DNA of 25,842 nt, taken from the IMG/VR virus record IMGVR_UViG_3300020176_000084, positions 1 through 25,842 of that record; one strand, given 5' to 3'. A model generated the notes under the pieces. The model searched no databases. It saw nothing but the letters and a program-made list of their open reading frames with translations, and was not told the DNA's origin. The translations under genes and the position numbers were made by a program. Positions 8,344 through 16,549 of the stretch are shown here, piece after piece; position 1 is the stretch's first letter; each line of letters begins with the position of its first letter. This stretch comes from a virus. Lineage: Duplodnaviria; Caudoviricetes.

Positions 8344-8687
8344 CCGCCGCCGCCAATTCGCACTGAAGCCCACATAATCCAGGCAAGCCATAGCGGCACA
8401 CCGTCACGGATCATGGCGTCGCGGAAATACCAATCACAGAGCCCGCGTGAAAAGATCCGGTCGGTATAGAGGCTGTCGTGAAGGATCGCCGCTAGCCGAT
8501 GCTTGCCCGTGGCAGGAGATGCGACCACCCGAAAGAACCTCGGGATGCTGGCGAAGTCAGTCTCGAACCCCGCCGGGATCTTGATCACGCCATAGCCGGT
8601 CTCGTATTCGAGGTCATTGACCAGCTTCCATGTCTTGCCATCTGGCAGCACGCCAAGCGTTGGCGTCGAGGTGAAGCCGATCATCAC
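8316..8687 (-). CDS. DUF1353 domain protein
   Basis: IPAGFETDFASIPR, AAILHDSLY and MWASVRIGG motifs. Confidence 0.9.
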   Translation of the reverse strand: MMIGFTSTPTLGVLPDGKTWKLVNDLEYETGYGVIKIPAGFETDFASIPRFFRVVASPATGKHRLAAILHDSLYTDRIFSRGLCDWYFRDAMIRDGVPLWLAWIMWASVRIGGGGHFKANSTK

Positions 8688-8896
8688 TCATCGCCCGGAC
8701 AATAGCGATACACCGTCTCGCCATCGGTCAGCTTGTCACGGACCTTCGCCCGGCCTTCATCCGTCGCATTGGCGCAATAGGTCGACTTGGCGGCACTATA
8801 CACCTCCATGACCACGGGTATGCCCGCAACGATAGCGGCGGGCGCGCAACCGGACAGGACGAGCGCCAGCGCGCCCGCGAGAGCGAGTTTCTTCAT
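8684..8896 (-). CDS. Small lipoprotein (possible spanin-like lysis accessory)
   Basis: MKK plus hydrophobic stretch and LSGC lipobox; AAAGGAAA RBS. Confidence 0.75.
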   Translation of the reverse strand: MKKLALAGALALVLSGCAPAAIVAGIPVVMEVYSAAKSTYCANATDEGRAKVRDKLTDGETVYRYCPGDE

Positions 8897-8916
8897 AACG
8901 TTTCCTTTCAGACATG

Positions 8917-8939
8917 AAAAAACCGCCTCGGCGGGCGGC
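8917..8939 (-). terminator. Intrinsic terminator
   Basis: CCGCC/GGCGG stem followed by T6 on the minus strand. Confidence 0.6.
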
Positions 8940-8976
8940 GACTGCGATACACTCACTTAGCAGAGCGTCGCTAAGG

Positions 8977-9219
8977 TCAGGCATCGACGGATGTAAAAAG
9001 TTGGCCCGACAACACCAAACCTTCACGGATGGCGACCACCTTGTTCTCTGCATCGCTCTGGTCGTACGCCCAAATATCGATACCGTAGCGGTCGCGGCCC
9101 ATCTCATATTCGGCCATGAACCGATATAACGGACGGCCATATTCATCGCGTCGAACGTTCTCGGGGTCCGGCGCTTCGCGCTGATTTCGCATGACGCCAA
9201 GATCAATAACTTCAGACAT
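8977..9219 (-). CDS. Hypothetical protein (MSEVIDLG...)
   Basis: GGAGGG RBS lies within the displaced endolysin 3'-end copy; the start overlaps that copy's last codons. Confidence 0.7.
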   Translation of the reverse strand: MSEVIDLGVMRNQREAPDPENVRRDEYGRPLYRFMAEYEMGRDRYGIDIWAYDQSDAENKVVAIREGLVLSGQLFTSVDA

Positions 9220-9224
9220 GTTTG

Positions 9225-9299
9225 CCCTCCAGATAGTCCGCCTCTTTCCTCCGGCGCGTTGGATAAACGTCTCCAAAATCACGAAGCTCTCGGACCACG
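9225..9299 (-). repeat. Displaced duplicate of the endolysin 3' end (copy 1 of a 75-bp direct repeat)
   Basis: 70/75 identity with 10206-10280; reads VVRELRDFGDVYPTRRRKEADYLEG, then KHV*. Confidence 0.92.
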
Positions 9300-9398
9300 G
9301 CGGGACGGATTTTACGGACGGCTTTTGCAACAGGGTTTCGCATTGTGGCCTCCGTCTAACATCCGTCTAACAAAAATCGTGCGGGCGTCACTTTTCCC

Positions 9399-9431
9399 AT
9401 TGCAATTAGGAACAAGGTTCCTATATATAAT
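9399..9431 (+). promoter_or_regulatory. Sigma70-like promoter with palindromic operator TAGGAAC-N3-GTTCCTA
   Basis: TTGCAA at 9400-9405, CTATATATAAT at 9421-9431, and a perfect 7-bp inverted repeat at 9407-9423 between them. Confidence 0.75.
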
Positions 9432-9463
9432 GTGTAGACAGAGACACCAAACGGGAGATAGAC

Positions 9464-9727
9464 ATGAAAGCGGAATCCAAATTGGCCGCAGCGTTTCGCA
9501 CTATAATCCGCCGCGAAATCCCCGCGACCGACCTAGTTCACATCGACACGATGAACCGCGACGGCTATGTGGGTTGCGCCACCCACGAGCACATCGACGC
9601 GAACCAAGCCATGCTCGAAGCGTGGGAGGTTGCGTTTGGTCGTGAGCCTGACTTAACCGACGACGACCTTGATACAATGAACACCGCTTGGGATATCGCT
9701 ATTAAAACCGGATACGCGGAAGCCTGA
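9464..9727 (+). CDS. Small acidic protein, candidate anti-defence/anti-CRISPR
   Basis: 87 aa with 17 D/E vs 8 K/R; strong GGGAGA RBS; first gene of the moron operon. Function is inferred only. Confidence 0.75.
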   Translation: MKAESKLAAAFRTIIRREIPATDLVHIDTMNRDGYVGCATHEHIDANQAMLEAWEVAFGREPDLTDDDLDTMNTAWDIAIKTGYAEA

Positions 9728-9799
9728 CATTCACCTGACCCCGCGCTCGGTCCACGCGAGGTCTAGTGAGTACCAAACCAACCAAACGGGAGAGACGAG

Positions 9800-9994
9800 A
9801 TGGAAATCACCCTCACAAGTTTCGCGACCGAAACCAAAATGACCATCCGCAACTTGCCGGAAGGCGCGGAAGAAAAGGTGGAGGACCGCGAAAGCGACGG
9901 CAATCCTCGGTACGGGGTTTGGGTGAACTTTGAAGATGTTTGGATGGGCGATGATTTTGACGATGCCATTGACGTGATCAAATCGCACCTCTGA
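9800..9994 (+). CDS. Small acidic protein, candidate anti-defence/DNA mimic
   Basis: 64 aa with 16 D/E vs 6 K/R; A/C-rich leader and GGGAGA RBS. Function is inferred only. Confidence 0.75.
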   Translation: MEITLTSFATETKMTIRNLPEGAEEKVEDRESDGNPRYGVWVNFEDVWMGDDFDDAIDVIKSHL

Positions 9995-10022
9995 CATTCA
10001 TCAAGCCAATGGAAACCACGAA

Positions 10023-10217
10023 ATGACCAGTATTGAGTTCAGATCATGGCGCGCGGCGATGGGCTGGACACAGGCCCGCGCCGGGGACGCGCTTGGAGTG
10101 ACCGGACGTGCCGTGCGAATGTGGGAAGCCGGCGACCGGCGCGTTCCCGAAACCGTCAGCAAACTATGCGCGCTGCTAGCTAGGGATAATGCGGATCAGG
10201 CCGTTCCCTCCAGATAG
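10023..10217 (+). CDS. XRE-family helix-turn-helix regulator (Aca-like position)
   Basis: FRSWRAAMGWTQARAGDALGVTGRAVRMWEAGDRRVP is a classic HTH_3 pattern. Confidence 0.88.
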   Translation: MTSIEFRSWRAAMGWTQARAGDALGVTGRAVRMWEAGDRRVPETVSKLCALLARDNADQAVPSR

Positions 10218-10759
10218 TCCGCCTCTTTCCCCCGGCGCGTTGGATAGGCGTCTCCAAAATCACGAAGCTCTCGGATTACGTCGCCCCATCGCCCTGCCGT
10301 GGCGTAACTCCAAAACGTCGGGCACCGCTTCCACGGTGTCCCGTATTGCCAAGCAACGGACATGATAACGGTCTGCTCTCGGTCGCTTAGATCGTCCCAC
10401 ATAGCGCCGTGGTTCACGCTGGTGGCGGCGTTCCATCGGTTTTCGACGGTCTTGGTGAAATCGGCGCGGAGGCAATTGTCAAGTTCGGCGACATGCGCCT
10501 CTCCCAGGACTAGGGGCCGCTCATTCAGCAAGGCCACTGCCGCCTCACCCTTCACCCCGCAATAAGGCCGGATCATCTCCAACGTCGCCTCGTGGATTGC
10601 CAATCGTTGCCAGTCCGATGCCGACCGCTGCCCAAGATCCACGCCACTCGCGATCGTCACGCCGGACTTGCCGAGTGGCTTGCCGTCTTTGTCCAGGGGC
10701 ACATAGCCCGTGGCAACCGCCGCGCCCTCAAGTTCTTCGATGAAGTGCCAGTTGATCAT
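10196..10759 (-). CDS. Endolysin, pesticin-like muramidase (T4-lysozyme fold)
   Basis: FIEELEG...GYVP...KSGVTIASGVDLGQ, QTVIMSVAWQYG and ELRDFGDAYPTRR.KEADYL; AGGAG RBS. Confidence 0.88.
   Translation of the reverse strand: MINWHFIEELEGAAVATGYVPLDKDGKPLGKSGVTIASGVDLGQRSASDWQRLAIHEATLEMIRPYCGVKGEAAVALLNERPLVLGEAHVAELDNCLRADFTKTVENRWNAATSVNHGAMWDDLSDREQTVIMSVAWQYGTPWKRCPTFWSYATAGRWGDVIRELRDFGDAYPTRRGKEADYLEGTA
10206..10280 (-). repeat. Copy 2 of the 75-bp repeat (current endolysin 3' end)
   Basis: 981 bp from copy 1, with 5 mismatches. Confidence 0.92.
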
Positions 10760-10767
10760 CTCTTCTC

Positions 10768-11169
10768 CTAAAACAGCGCGACGGCGCCGGTTACGGCCAA
10801 CGCAAGCGCAAACCAGATCAGCGCGCAAAGCTCGCCGCGATCCTGGTAAGTCGCCGTTCGAATATGAATCAAAGCCGCGACGCCGCTCGCAAAAGGGATC
10901 AGCGCGACGGCGGGCAGATACTCCAACCACCAGCCGACGGCTTGGTGGTCGCTGTGGCGATGCAGGAACAACAGAACGGCAAGCCAAGCCATGAAAATGG
11001 ACTGCGAACCAATGCCCAAGGCCACGCCGGTTGCCAGGAACAATGTCGCCCTGTCTCTGCCCGGCTTGCGGTAGACCTTAACCGCCATGAGGGTTGCGAG
11101 GATCGCCGCCCCGAGCGACAGAAACGCGCCCCACGCAAGAGATCCGTTGAAAAGCTGATCAATCGGCAT
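10768..11169 (-). CDS. Multi-pass membrane protein of the lysis region (holin candidate)
   Basis: Four hydrophobic segments; immediately upstream of the endolysin. Confidence 0.7.
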   Translation of the reverse strand: MPIDQLFNGSLAWGAFLSLGAAILATLMAVKVYRKPGRDRATLFLATGVALGIGSQSIFMAWLAVLLFLHRHSDHQAVGWWLEYLPAVALIPFASGVAALIHIRTATYQDRGELCALIWFALALAVTGAVALF

Positions 11170-11341
11170 CGCCGGGAGCCTTTCGCGTCTGCTCCGCCAA
11201 GCCATCCATGGCCTTGACCCCGCCATCGGTCGCGGTATCGAGCGCCTTCATTAGACGGGTGAAGGCCTTGTGATAATCAGCAACGGCCTTATCCGCCGCA
11301 TCGGGGTTGGGTGTCTTTTGCCACGGGAACAATGCGATCAT
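11159..11341 (-). CDS. Small hypothetical protein
   Basis: Coupled to both neighbouring genes. Confidence 0.6.
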   Translation of the reverse strand: MIALFPWQKTPNPDAADKAVADYHKAFTRLMKALDTATDGGVKAMDGLAEQTRKAPGDAD

Positions 11342-11541
11342 CGCGAACGCTCCCAGGATTCGATCCTAGCCGCGAGCAACGTCATGCTCTGCGCCGCCTG
11401 GGAAAGCGCCTCGCCCATTTTGGCCTCACGTTCGTATCCCTTCGCCACCGATTTTTGATACGCCACCCAAAGGGCGACCACGGCCACGATCAGCAACGCG
11501 CCAACCGGGCCGAAGGTGGCAAGCAATTGATCGAAACTCAT
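11338..11541 (-). CDS. Single-TM membrane protein (holin candidate)
   Basis: FGPVGALLIVAVVALWV TM segment followed by a charged helix; ATGA coupling. Confidence 0.7.
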   Translation of the reverse strand: MSFDQLLATFGPVGALLIVAVVALWVAYQKSVAKGYEREAKMGEALSQAAQSMTLLAARIESWERSR

Positions 11542-11846
11542 GACGCCTTGCCCTTCTTCGCTACTGGGATCGGGAGAATGAGATGATCGCCGACTTCATT
11601 CCCGCTCCCGACAAGGCAAATCAGTCCTTGAAACGTCACCAGGATGTTGAAGCCCGTTTCCGACGCATAAACGCTCCAAACATCGGAAGCGTCATCCATC
11701 CCGCCTAAAATGCCCTTCATGTCCGGCTGGCGAGTCCATGACTCGGTCGGCGTGCATATCATTTGCAGGGGCACGGCTATCGGGCGGGTCTGAGCAATGG
11801 CCGGGAACGCGAAGGCCATAACGAAAAGCATCACCAGGGATCGCAT
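11538..11846 (-). CDS. Secreted hypothetical protein
   Basis: Signal peptide MRSLVMLFVMAFAFPAIA; GGAGGG RBS; C...W...CLVGSG pattern. Confidence 0.7.
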   Translation of the reverse strand: MRSLVMLFVMAFAFPAIAQTRPIAVPLQMICTPTESWTRQPDMKGILGGMDDASDVWSVYASETGFNILVTFQGLICLVGSGNEVGDHLILPIPVAKKGKAS

Positions 11847-11948
11847 GCCGCCCTCCATATTGTTATATAGATATGTTTTACACACATCATGTGGCACGCA
11901 AGCACCAACCCACTTGCGGAATCAATTCGGCATCGCCATGTTGGACAA

Positions 11949-12107
11949 ATGCCGCCAGAAAAGAAATTCGACGCACAAATCCACCTGACCATCGCAACCG
12001 AGATGCTGAAGCGGGTCGATGAGTGGCGTGCGAAACAGCCGGACGTGCCGAACCGGTCAGAGGCCATCCGGCGATTGGTAGATCTCGGGCTATCCGACGA
12101 TGAGTGA
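11949..12107 (+). CDS. Ribbon-helix-helix (CopG/Arc-like) regulator
   Basis: IHLTIATEMLKRVDEWRAKQPDVPNRSEAIRRLVDLGL. Confidence 0.85.
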   Translation: MPPEKKFDAQIHLTIATEMLKRVDEWRAKQPDVPNRSEAIRRLVDLGLSDDE

Positions 12108-12285
12108 GGCCTTCACGATCGCCGCCGGCGTGCTGCTCGCCAATTTACTGACCGCGATGTTTCTCTTCGGATGCTATCAACTTCGAGGCCTTTCCGTGGA
12201 TGAAGCCGGGGAAAAGCTCGTTGCCCTGGGGTGTATGGCATTTCCATTAATATGGGTCGCAGTCATGCTTATGGTCGCCGCCTGA
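12100..12285 (+). CDS. Small 2-TM membrane protein (moron)
   Basis: Two hydrophobic helices; overlaps the RHH stop. Confidence 0.65.
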   Translation: MSEAFTIAAGVLLANLLTAMFLFGCYQLRGLSVDEAGEKLVALGCMAFPLIWVAVMLMVAA

Positions 12286-14524
12286 CTCCAAACACGCGGC
12301 GGGGCTGCTCCCACAGTTCGGCGGCTGACGGTGCCGGACGGGACAACGTGCCAAGGCCTAGGTTACCAGCCCCCGATCGGACCCTTGGCCCCATGTTTGC
12401 CGTTCGCCCAATGCCCTCAGCCAAGCGCGCGGCGTCATCCCCGCGCGTGCCGACCAAAAGCCCGACCATCCTTTGATCCACCGCGTCCATCGCCCGGCGT
12501 TGCGCCTGCGGCGTTTGTCCGGTTGTCGCCTGAATGCCTCTCCGGGCGGCCTCAAGGGGGTTCCCTCGGGCAAGCTCTCCAACCACACCAGGCGCGGCGG
12601 CGTCTGCATCACGCCCACCCATCGCTTGGCGCCGGTAGGTTGCCGAGTTCCTGGCCACGTTGCCCCGCAGTGCCAGCGCTCGGGATGCGCGGCTAACCTC
12701 CGTGAGAAGCCTCGCCGTGTCCTTTTTGCCGAGAAGCATTTCCAGCTTTTCGCGTGTCGCCCGGCTGGACAGGCTTTTCAGGGTCGACAGAGCCTCGCGG
12801 GCGGCGGTGTTGTCGTCTAACGCCGTTCGGCTGACGTTGGCCACCATGTCATCAATCGTTTGGCGCAGAGTTTTCTTGATGGCGGTGACTTCCGCCGGGC
12901 CCTTGCCTTTCAGAAATTCCTCAACGCCTTCCCGCGTGGTTTTGCCCTTCAGCACGTCCAGCCCAAACATGAGTGATTCTCGGACGGAAATAGCATCCCC
13001 CGCGATCCGCAAGGCGTCGCTGTACTCCGGCACAGCATCGCTAATCGCGTTTCTCAATTCGCGGGCCATGTCCTGAAAAAGTTGCTGCTCGGCCGTCGCC
13101 GGGTTCATGGATGAAACACCGTCGTATCCCATGTCGCCCAGCCCCCGCTTGATATAGTCTAGCTGGATCACGTTCGGCATTTCCCGGAACGTAACGGAGC
13201 CGTCGTCGGCAACATCAAATAGGATTTGCTTGGCCTGCTTGCCGTCCCATTTCATGCGGGTATTGGCGCGCTCCACCGCTTGGGATATCACCCCGTCCGG
13301 GATGCGGTTTAAGACCGATTCAATTCGCGCCCCGCTGTCGGCGGAATAGTTGATCGCCTTGTTATAGGCCGCGTCATAAGCATCCCCCCGAGCCGTCGCC
13401 GTGTTTTGCCGATTGCCGCGCAACTGAGCAATAATCCCCTCGGGCTCACCAAGCGCGTCGTCCAGAGCCCCGGTAAGTGTCTCATTGGCGTTGGATGCCC
13501 GCGCTTCAATGGCTTTCGTCGCCTGAACGCCGCCTGGGCCGCTACGTTGGATCGCCGCATCCAAGGCGTCGTCATAATGCGGGGCCGCGTCCGCAAGCAT
13601 CGCGTCATCGCCCAAATCGCGGATGCGCTTTGCCCCTTCTAACACGGCGTCTGGATCGTCTCGAAACGGGACAGCAAGGCGCTCGTATTGTTCACGGGTT
13701 AGCCCGCCGCCGGGCAGGTCTCGCGTTTGGTTCTGTGCGGCCTTGGTTCGCGCGACCTTATCCGCCACTCGACCGGCGACGGCCCTCACGCCAGCAACCG
13801 CAGGGACAGCCACCCCGGCAAGCGCGCCGCCGATAGGAGCCGCTTGGGCCGCATTCACGGCTCTGTCCGTCACGTCGCCCTCGCCTGCCGCGAAACCATA
13901 AACGCCCGCTTGCGCCGCGCCGACGGCAGCTTGCTTGCCCGCCTCGCCCATCAGACTTTTCGCTGCGCCATAGGACGGCCCCGTTACAATCGCCGTAGGG
14001 AGGCTGCCCGCAATCTCCGCGCCGTAAGCCAAGACCGGGGATTCTTCACGGAATTGCTTCAGTTTCGCACTCTCGCGCGCCAAATAGGCGTCGTAACGGT
14101 CGCCATAGGTTCCACCAGCGCTTGGGTTGAGCGCCGCCAGAGCCGCAACGCCTTCATCCATCGAGCCGAAGGACAGCCCGTGACCTCCCGCCCGCAATAC
14201 CCCTTCCCCCGCTGAGATAGGCTCGCGGCCTTCGGATAGCTTGCCGTATAGACGAACCTCGCGCTCAGCGTCGGTTTCGCCTGGGCGTGGCTTTTTAGCC
14301 TCTTCGCGGAGATAAGCGCCGAAAGCGTCGTTTTTAGCCCGAGCGCCGGAAAGATCCATTGGCGACATTTGCGCGGCGCGGGCGGCGAAGTCTTTACCAC
14401 CAGACTCTAGGGAGACAAGACGCGTCTTGAGTCCCGCCTTGGCGGCACTTGGGCTAGAAGTTATCCCGCCCGTGCCCGAAAGGCGCTGCCTAAGACGCTC
14501 TTTCAAACCGACATCATCGTTCAT
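12269..14524 (-). CDS. Large internal virion / DNA ejection protein
   Basis: 751 aa, Ala/Gly-rich helical; HGLSFGSMDE motif; last of three ejection-type genes. Confidence 0.75.
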   Translation of the reverse strand: MNDDVGLKERLRQRLSGTGGITSSPSAAKAGLKTRLVSLESGGKDFAARAAQMSPMDLSGARAKNDAFGAYLREEAKKPRPGETDAEREVRLYGKLSEGREPISAGEGVLRAGGHGLSFGSMDEGVAALAALNPSAGGTYGDRYDAYLARESAKLKQFREESPVLAYGAEIAGSLPTAIVTGPSYGAAKSLMGEAGKQAAVGAAQAGVYGFAAGEGDVTDRAVNAAQAAPIGGALAGVAVPAVAGVRAVAGRVADKVARTKAAQNQTRDLPGGGLTREQYERLAVPFRDDPDAVLEGAKRIRDLGDDAMLADAAPHYDDALDAAIQRSGPGGVQATKAIEARASNANETLTGALDDALGEPEGIIAQLRGNRQNTATARGDAYDAAYNKAINYSADSGARIESVLNRIPDGVISQAVERANTRMKWDGKQAKQILFDVADDGSVTFREMPNVIQLDYIKRGLGDMGYDGVSSMNPATAEQQLFQDMARELRNAISDAVPEYSDALRIAGDAISVRESLMFGLDVLKGKTTREGVEEFLKGKGPAEVTAIKKTLRQTIDDMVANVSRTALDDNTAAREALSTLKSLSSRATREKLEMLLGKKDTARLLTEVSRASRALALRGNVARNSATYRRQAMGGRDADAAAPGVVGELARGNPLEAARRGIQATTGQTPQAQRRAMDAVDQRMVGLLVGTRGDDAARLAEGIGRTANMGPRVRSGAGNLGLGTLSRPAPSAAELWEQPRRVFGVRRRP

Positions 14525-14691
14525 ATCGCGGACTCCAAATTCGACACTAAGGGGGCGGGATGCATAGTCGCATCAACAAAAGACGGGGGCCGACAATGGG
14601 AGGAGAATTTATCGCCGACACCATCTTCAGCTATCTCATGGGTAGGAATCAGTAATTTGCGTTTCCCCGCACCACCCCCCATATTCTTCTG

Positions 14692-15057
14692 ATGCGCACC
14701 TTGATCACCCTCGCACTTTTGCTCCTCGCCGCGCCCGCCATCGCAGATGATCTGTTCTCCAAGACGGAACTGCGGTGTGAGTTTAAGTTCGGCGGGAAAT
14801 GGAATTTTATCAAACACCCCCCACAACTCGATCCACTTCCCGCTCGGTCAATAAGGCTTCATTCTATTGATTTGCCGGCGCAAAATGCCCATTCTGGACC
14901 GAAATTCGATACGCCTTTGAGCGCTTTCAAAGGAAATCGAACAATCACGTTCGTAAGAAAAGACGTGATCTTGACTGTTTTCGCTGACGAAGGGATGGCC
15001 GGGCACCCTGCCCTTTACAACAACGTTGAAGTTGATCGCGCCGGGTTCTGTCGCTAA
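14692..15057 (+). CDS. Secreted/periplasmic moron protein
   Basis: Signal peptide MRTLITLALLLLAAPAIA; opposite strand between ejection genes; more AT-rich than its flanks. Confidence 0.7.
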   Translation: MRTLITLALLLLAAPAIADDLFSKTELRCEFKFGGKWNFIKHPPQLDPLPARSIRLHSIDLPAQNAHSGPKFDTPLSAFKGNRTITFVRKDVILTVFADEGMAGHPALYNNVEVDRAGFCR

Positions 15058-16535
15058 CGAGACGGAACCTCTGCCCCGCCCAGTCCCGCATCCCGCTCAT
15101 CGAGCCTCTTCATCAAGATAGCGGCCTCTTCGTCCGTCAAGTCATCCACCATATCTGGCGTGAACGTGTCCAAGTCAACGGTGTTCACGTCTATACTGCC
15201 CCCCGGATAATTTGCCACCGGCACACGCTCGCCGGTTTTCACGTCGTAGCGGAAGGATTCCTTGGATGGGCCAGCGTTCGGGCCGTGAACCGTGTCACTG
15301 TAGACGTTATGCAAGCGCCGCAAGTTGTAAGCGAGCTGTCCCGGGCTTTGGCTTTGGGCCAGCGCGCCAAAAACAGATTGCAGAAGTTCGTTCTCGCGCT
15401 CCGAAACGCTGCCCAAGGCGCCGCCGGTAGGTGACGATTCCCGCATTGCCTGGAGTTTGTCGAATCCGATACTGGCTTTGATGGTTCCAAGGTTCTTTGA
15501 CACATCGTGCGCGGGTGATCCGGCGATCAAAGAGAGTGCCGGCGCAAAGAGCCCGGCCACAATCGTCGGATCTTCGGCAACCGATGCGAGCACGCGATCA
15601 ATGTCCTCCGTCACTACCGTCGATTGTGTCGTCTTCTGTGCGGTCTTCATTTCCGCTGCTGCGATCTGCGCCTTGGCCTCCTGTGCTTGCTTGCTACCCG
15701 GAACTGGCTCGTAGCGCACCAGCCGTCCTTGATCGTCACGCACCGCCTGCATGCCCGTTGGGATTGTTCCTTCGTTGCGAGGAGCGGACGCAGCCCGGAG
15801 ACTTCGTTGATATTCCGTAAATGTCCCAATGTTCGGGTTTTGGGATAGTGCCAGCTGATAGTTTTTCCAGTCATTGGTCAGGTTTGGCTTCGTCTTCACC
15901 CCCGGCAACACCCGCTTGCCCGCATTTGCGCCGTCAACATAGTACTGGTGGCCGTCAGCGCCCTTGATCGTTTTCGGCCCCGCGTTTGCCCCAGGCTTCT
16001 CATAAGGGCGGTATACGCCAGGAGACTCGGCGATAACGCTTGCATCCATAAGGGCGGGCTTGCCGTCAGGGCCGACAACCCACTCACGCGAAGGCTTGCT
16101 CTCCGGACGCTCTTTGAGCGCGTAGCTTTGGAGCAGATCCATCGCCTCCTTGGCTTTCCCCGATTCCGCCCAGGCACGCGCCAGTCTCTTGACTTGCGGC
16201 GGGAACATCGGCTTAGCCGCTTCGGCCTGAGACGCCGCCTGGACCGTGGGGCCGCCGTGTGCCTCCATGGCCTGATTGCGGCCCTCGTTCAAAAGGCCCA
16301 TGACCGATTTTTGTGCCGCCGCGTCTTGCTCTTCAGCCTTTTTTTGCGCGCCGAATTGCCCCAGCATCTTGCCGATCGCGCCCAAGCCTTGGCCCAATTG
16401 AGTGCCCATGTCACGCTGCGGACGCGGGGCCGAAGCGCCGATGGGGCTAGGAGCGCGGCCCATTTGCATCAGGCGCATTTGGTTGGCTCTATGGCCAGCC
16501 AAGATGTTGCCGGGGCCGAATCCAAGATTGTTCAT
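15054..16535 (-). CDS. DNA ejection/transfer protein (P22 gp20-like position)
   Basis: TIKASIGFDKLQAMRESSPTGGALGSVSERENELLQ motif typical of podoviral DNA transfer proteins. Confidence 0.75.
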   Translation of the reverse strand: MNNLGFGPGNILAGHRANQMRLMQMGRAPSPIGASAPRPQRDMGTQLGQGLGAIGKMLGQFGAQKKAEEQDAAAQKSVMGLLNEGRNQAMEAHGGPTVQAASQAEAAKPMFPPQVKRLARAWAESGKAKEAMDLLQSYALKERPESKPSREWVVGPDGKPALMDASVIAESPGVYRPYEKPGANAGPKTIKGADGHQYYVDGANAGKRVLPGVKTKPNLTNDWKNYQLALSQNPNIGTFTEYQRSLRAASAPRNEGTIPTGMQAVRDDQGRLVRYEPVPGSKQAQEAKAQIAAAEMKTAQKTTQSTVVTEDIDRVLASVAEDPTIVAGLFAPALSLIAGSPAHDVSKNLGTIKASIGFDKLQAMRESSPTGGALGSVSERENELLQSVFGALAQSQSPGQLAYNLRRLHNVYSDTVHGPNAGPSKESFRYDVKTGERVPVANYPGGSIDVNTVDLDTFTPDMVDDLTDEEAAILMKRLDERDAGLGGAEVPSR

Positions 16536-16549
16536 AGCCGGTCTCCTCT

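Noticed and set aside
9407-9423. LexA box
   Set aside because: GAAC-N3-GTTC fits neither the alphaproteobacterial GTTC-N7-GTTC nor the Gram-positive GAAC-N4-GTTC spacing.
9351-9771. Integron attC sites (GTCTAAC, GCCTGAC plus hairpin)
   Set aside because: No matching GTTRRRY R' box closes the stems, and the integrase shows no recognisable IntI features.
9225-10280. Diversity-generating retroelement TR/VR pair
   Set aside because: The five mismatches are not all at adenines of one copy on one strand, and no reverse transcriptase is in the window.
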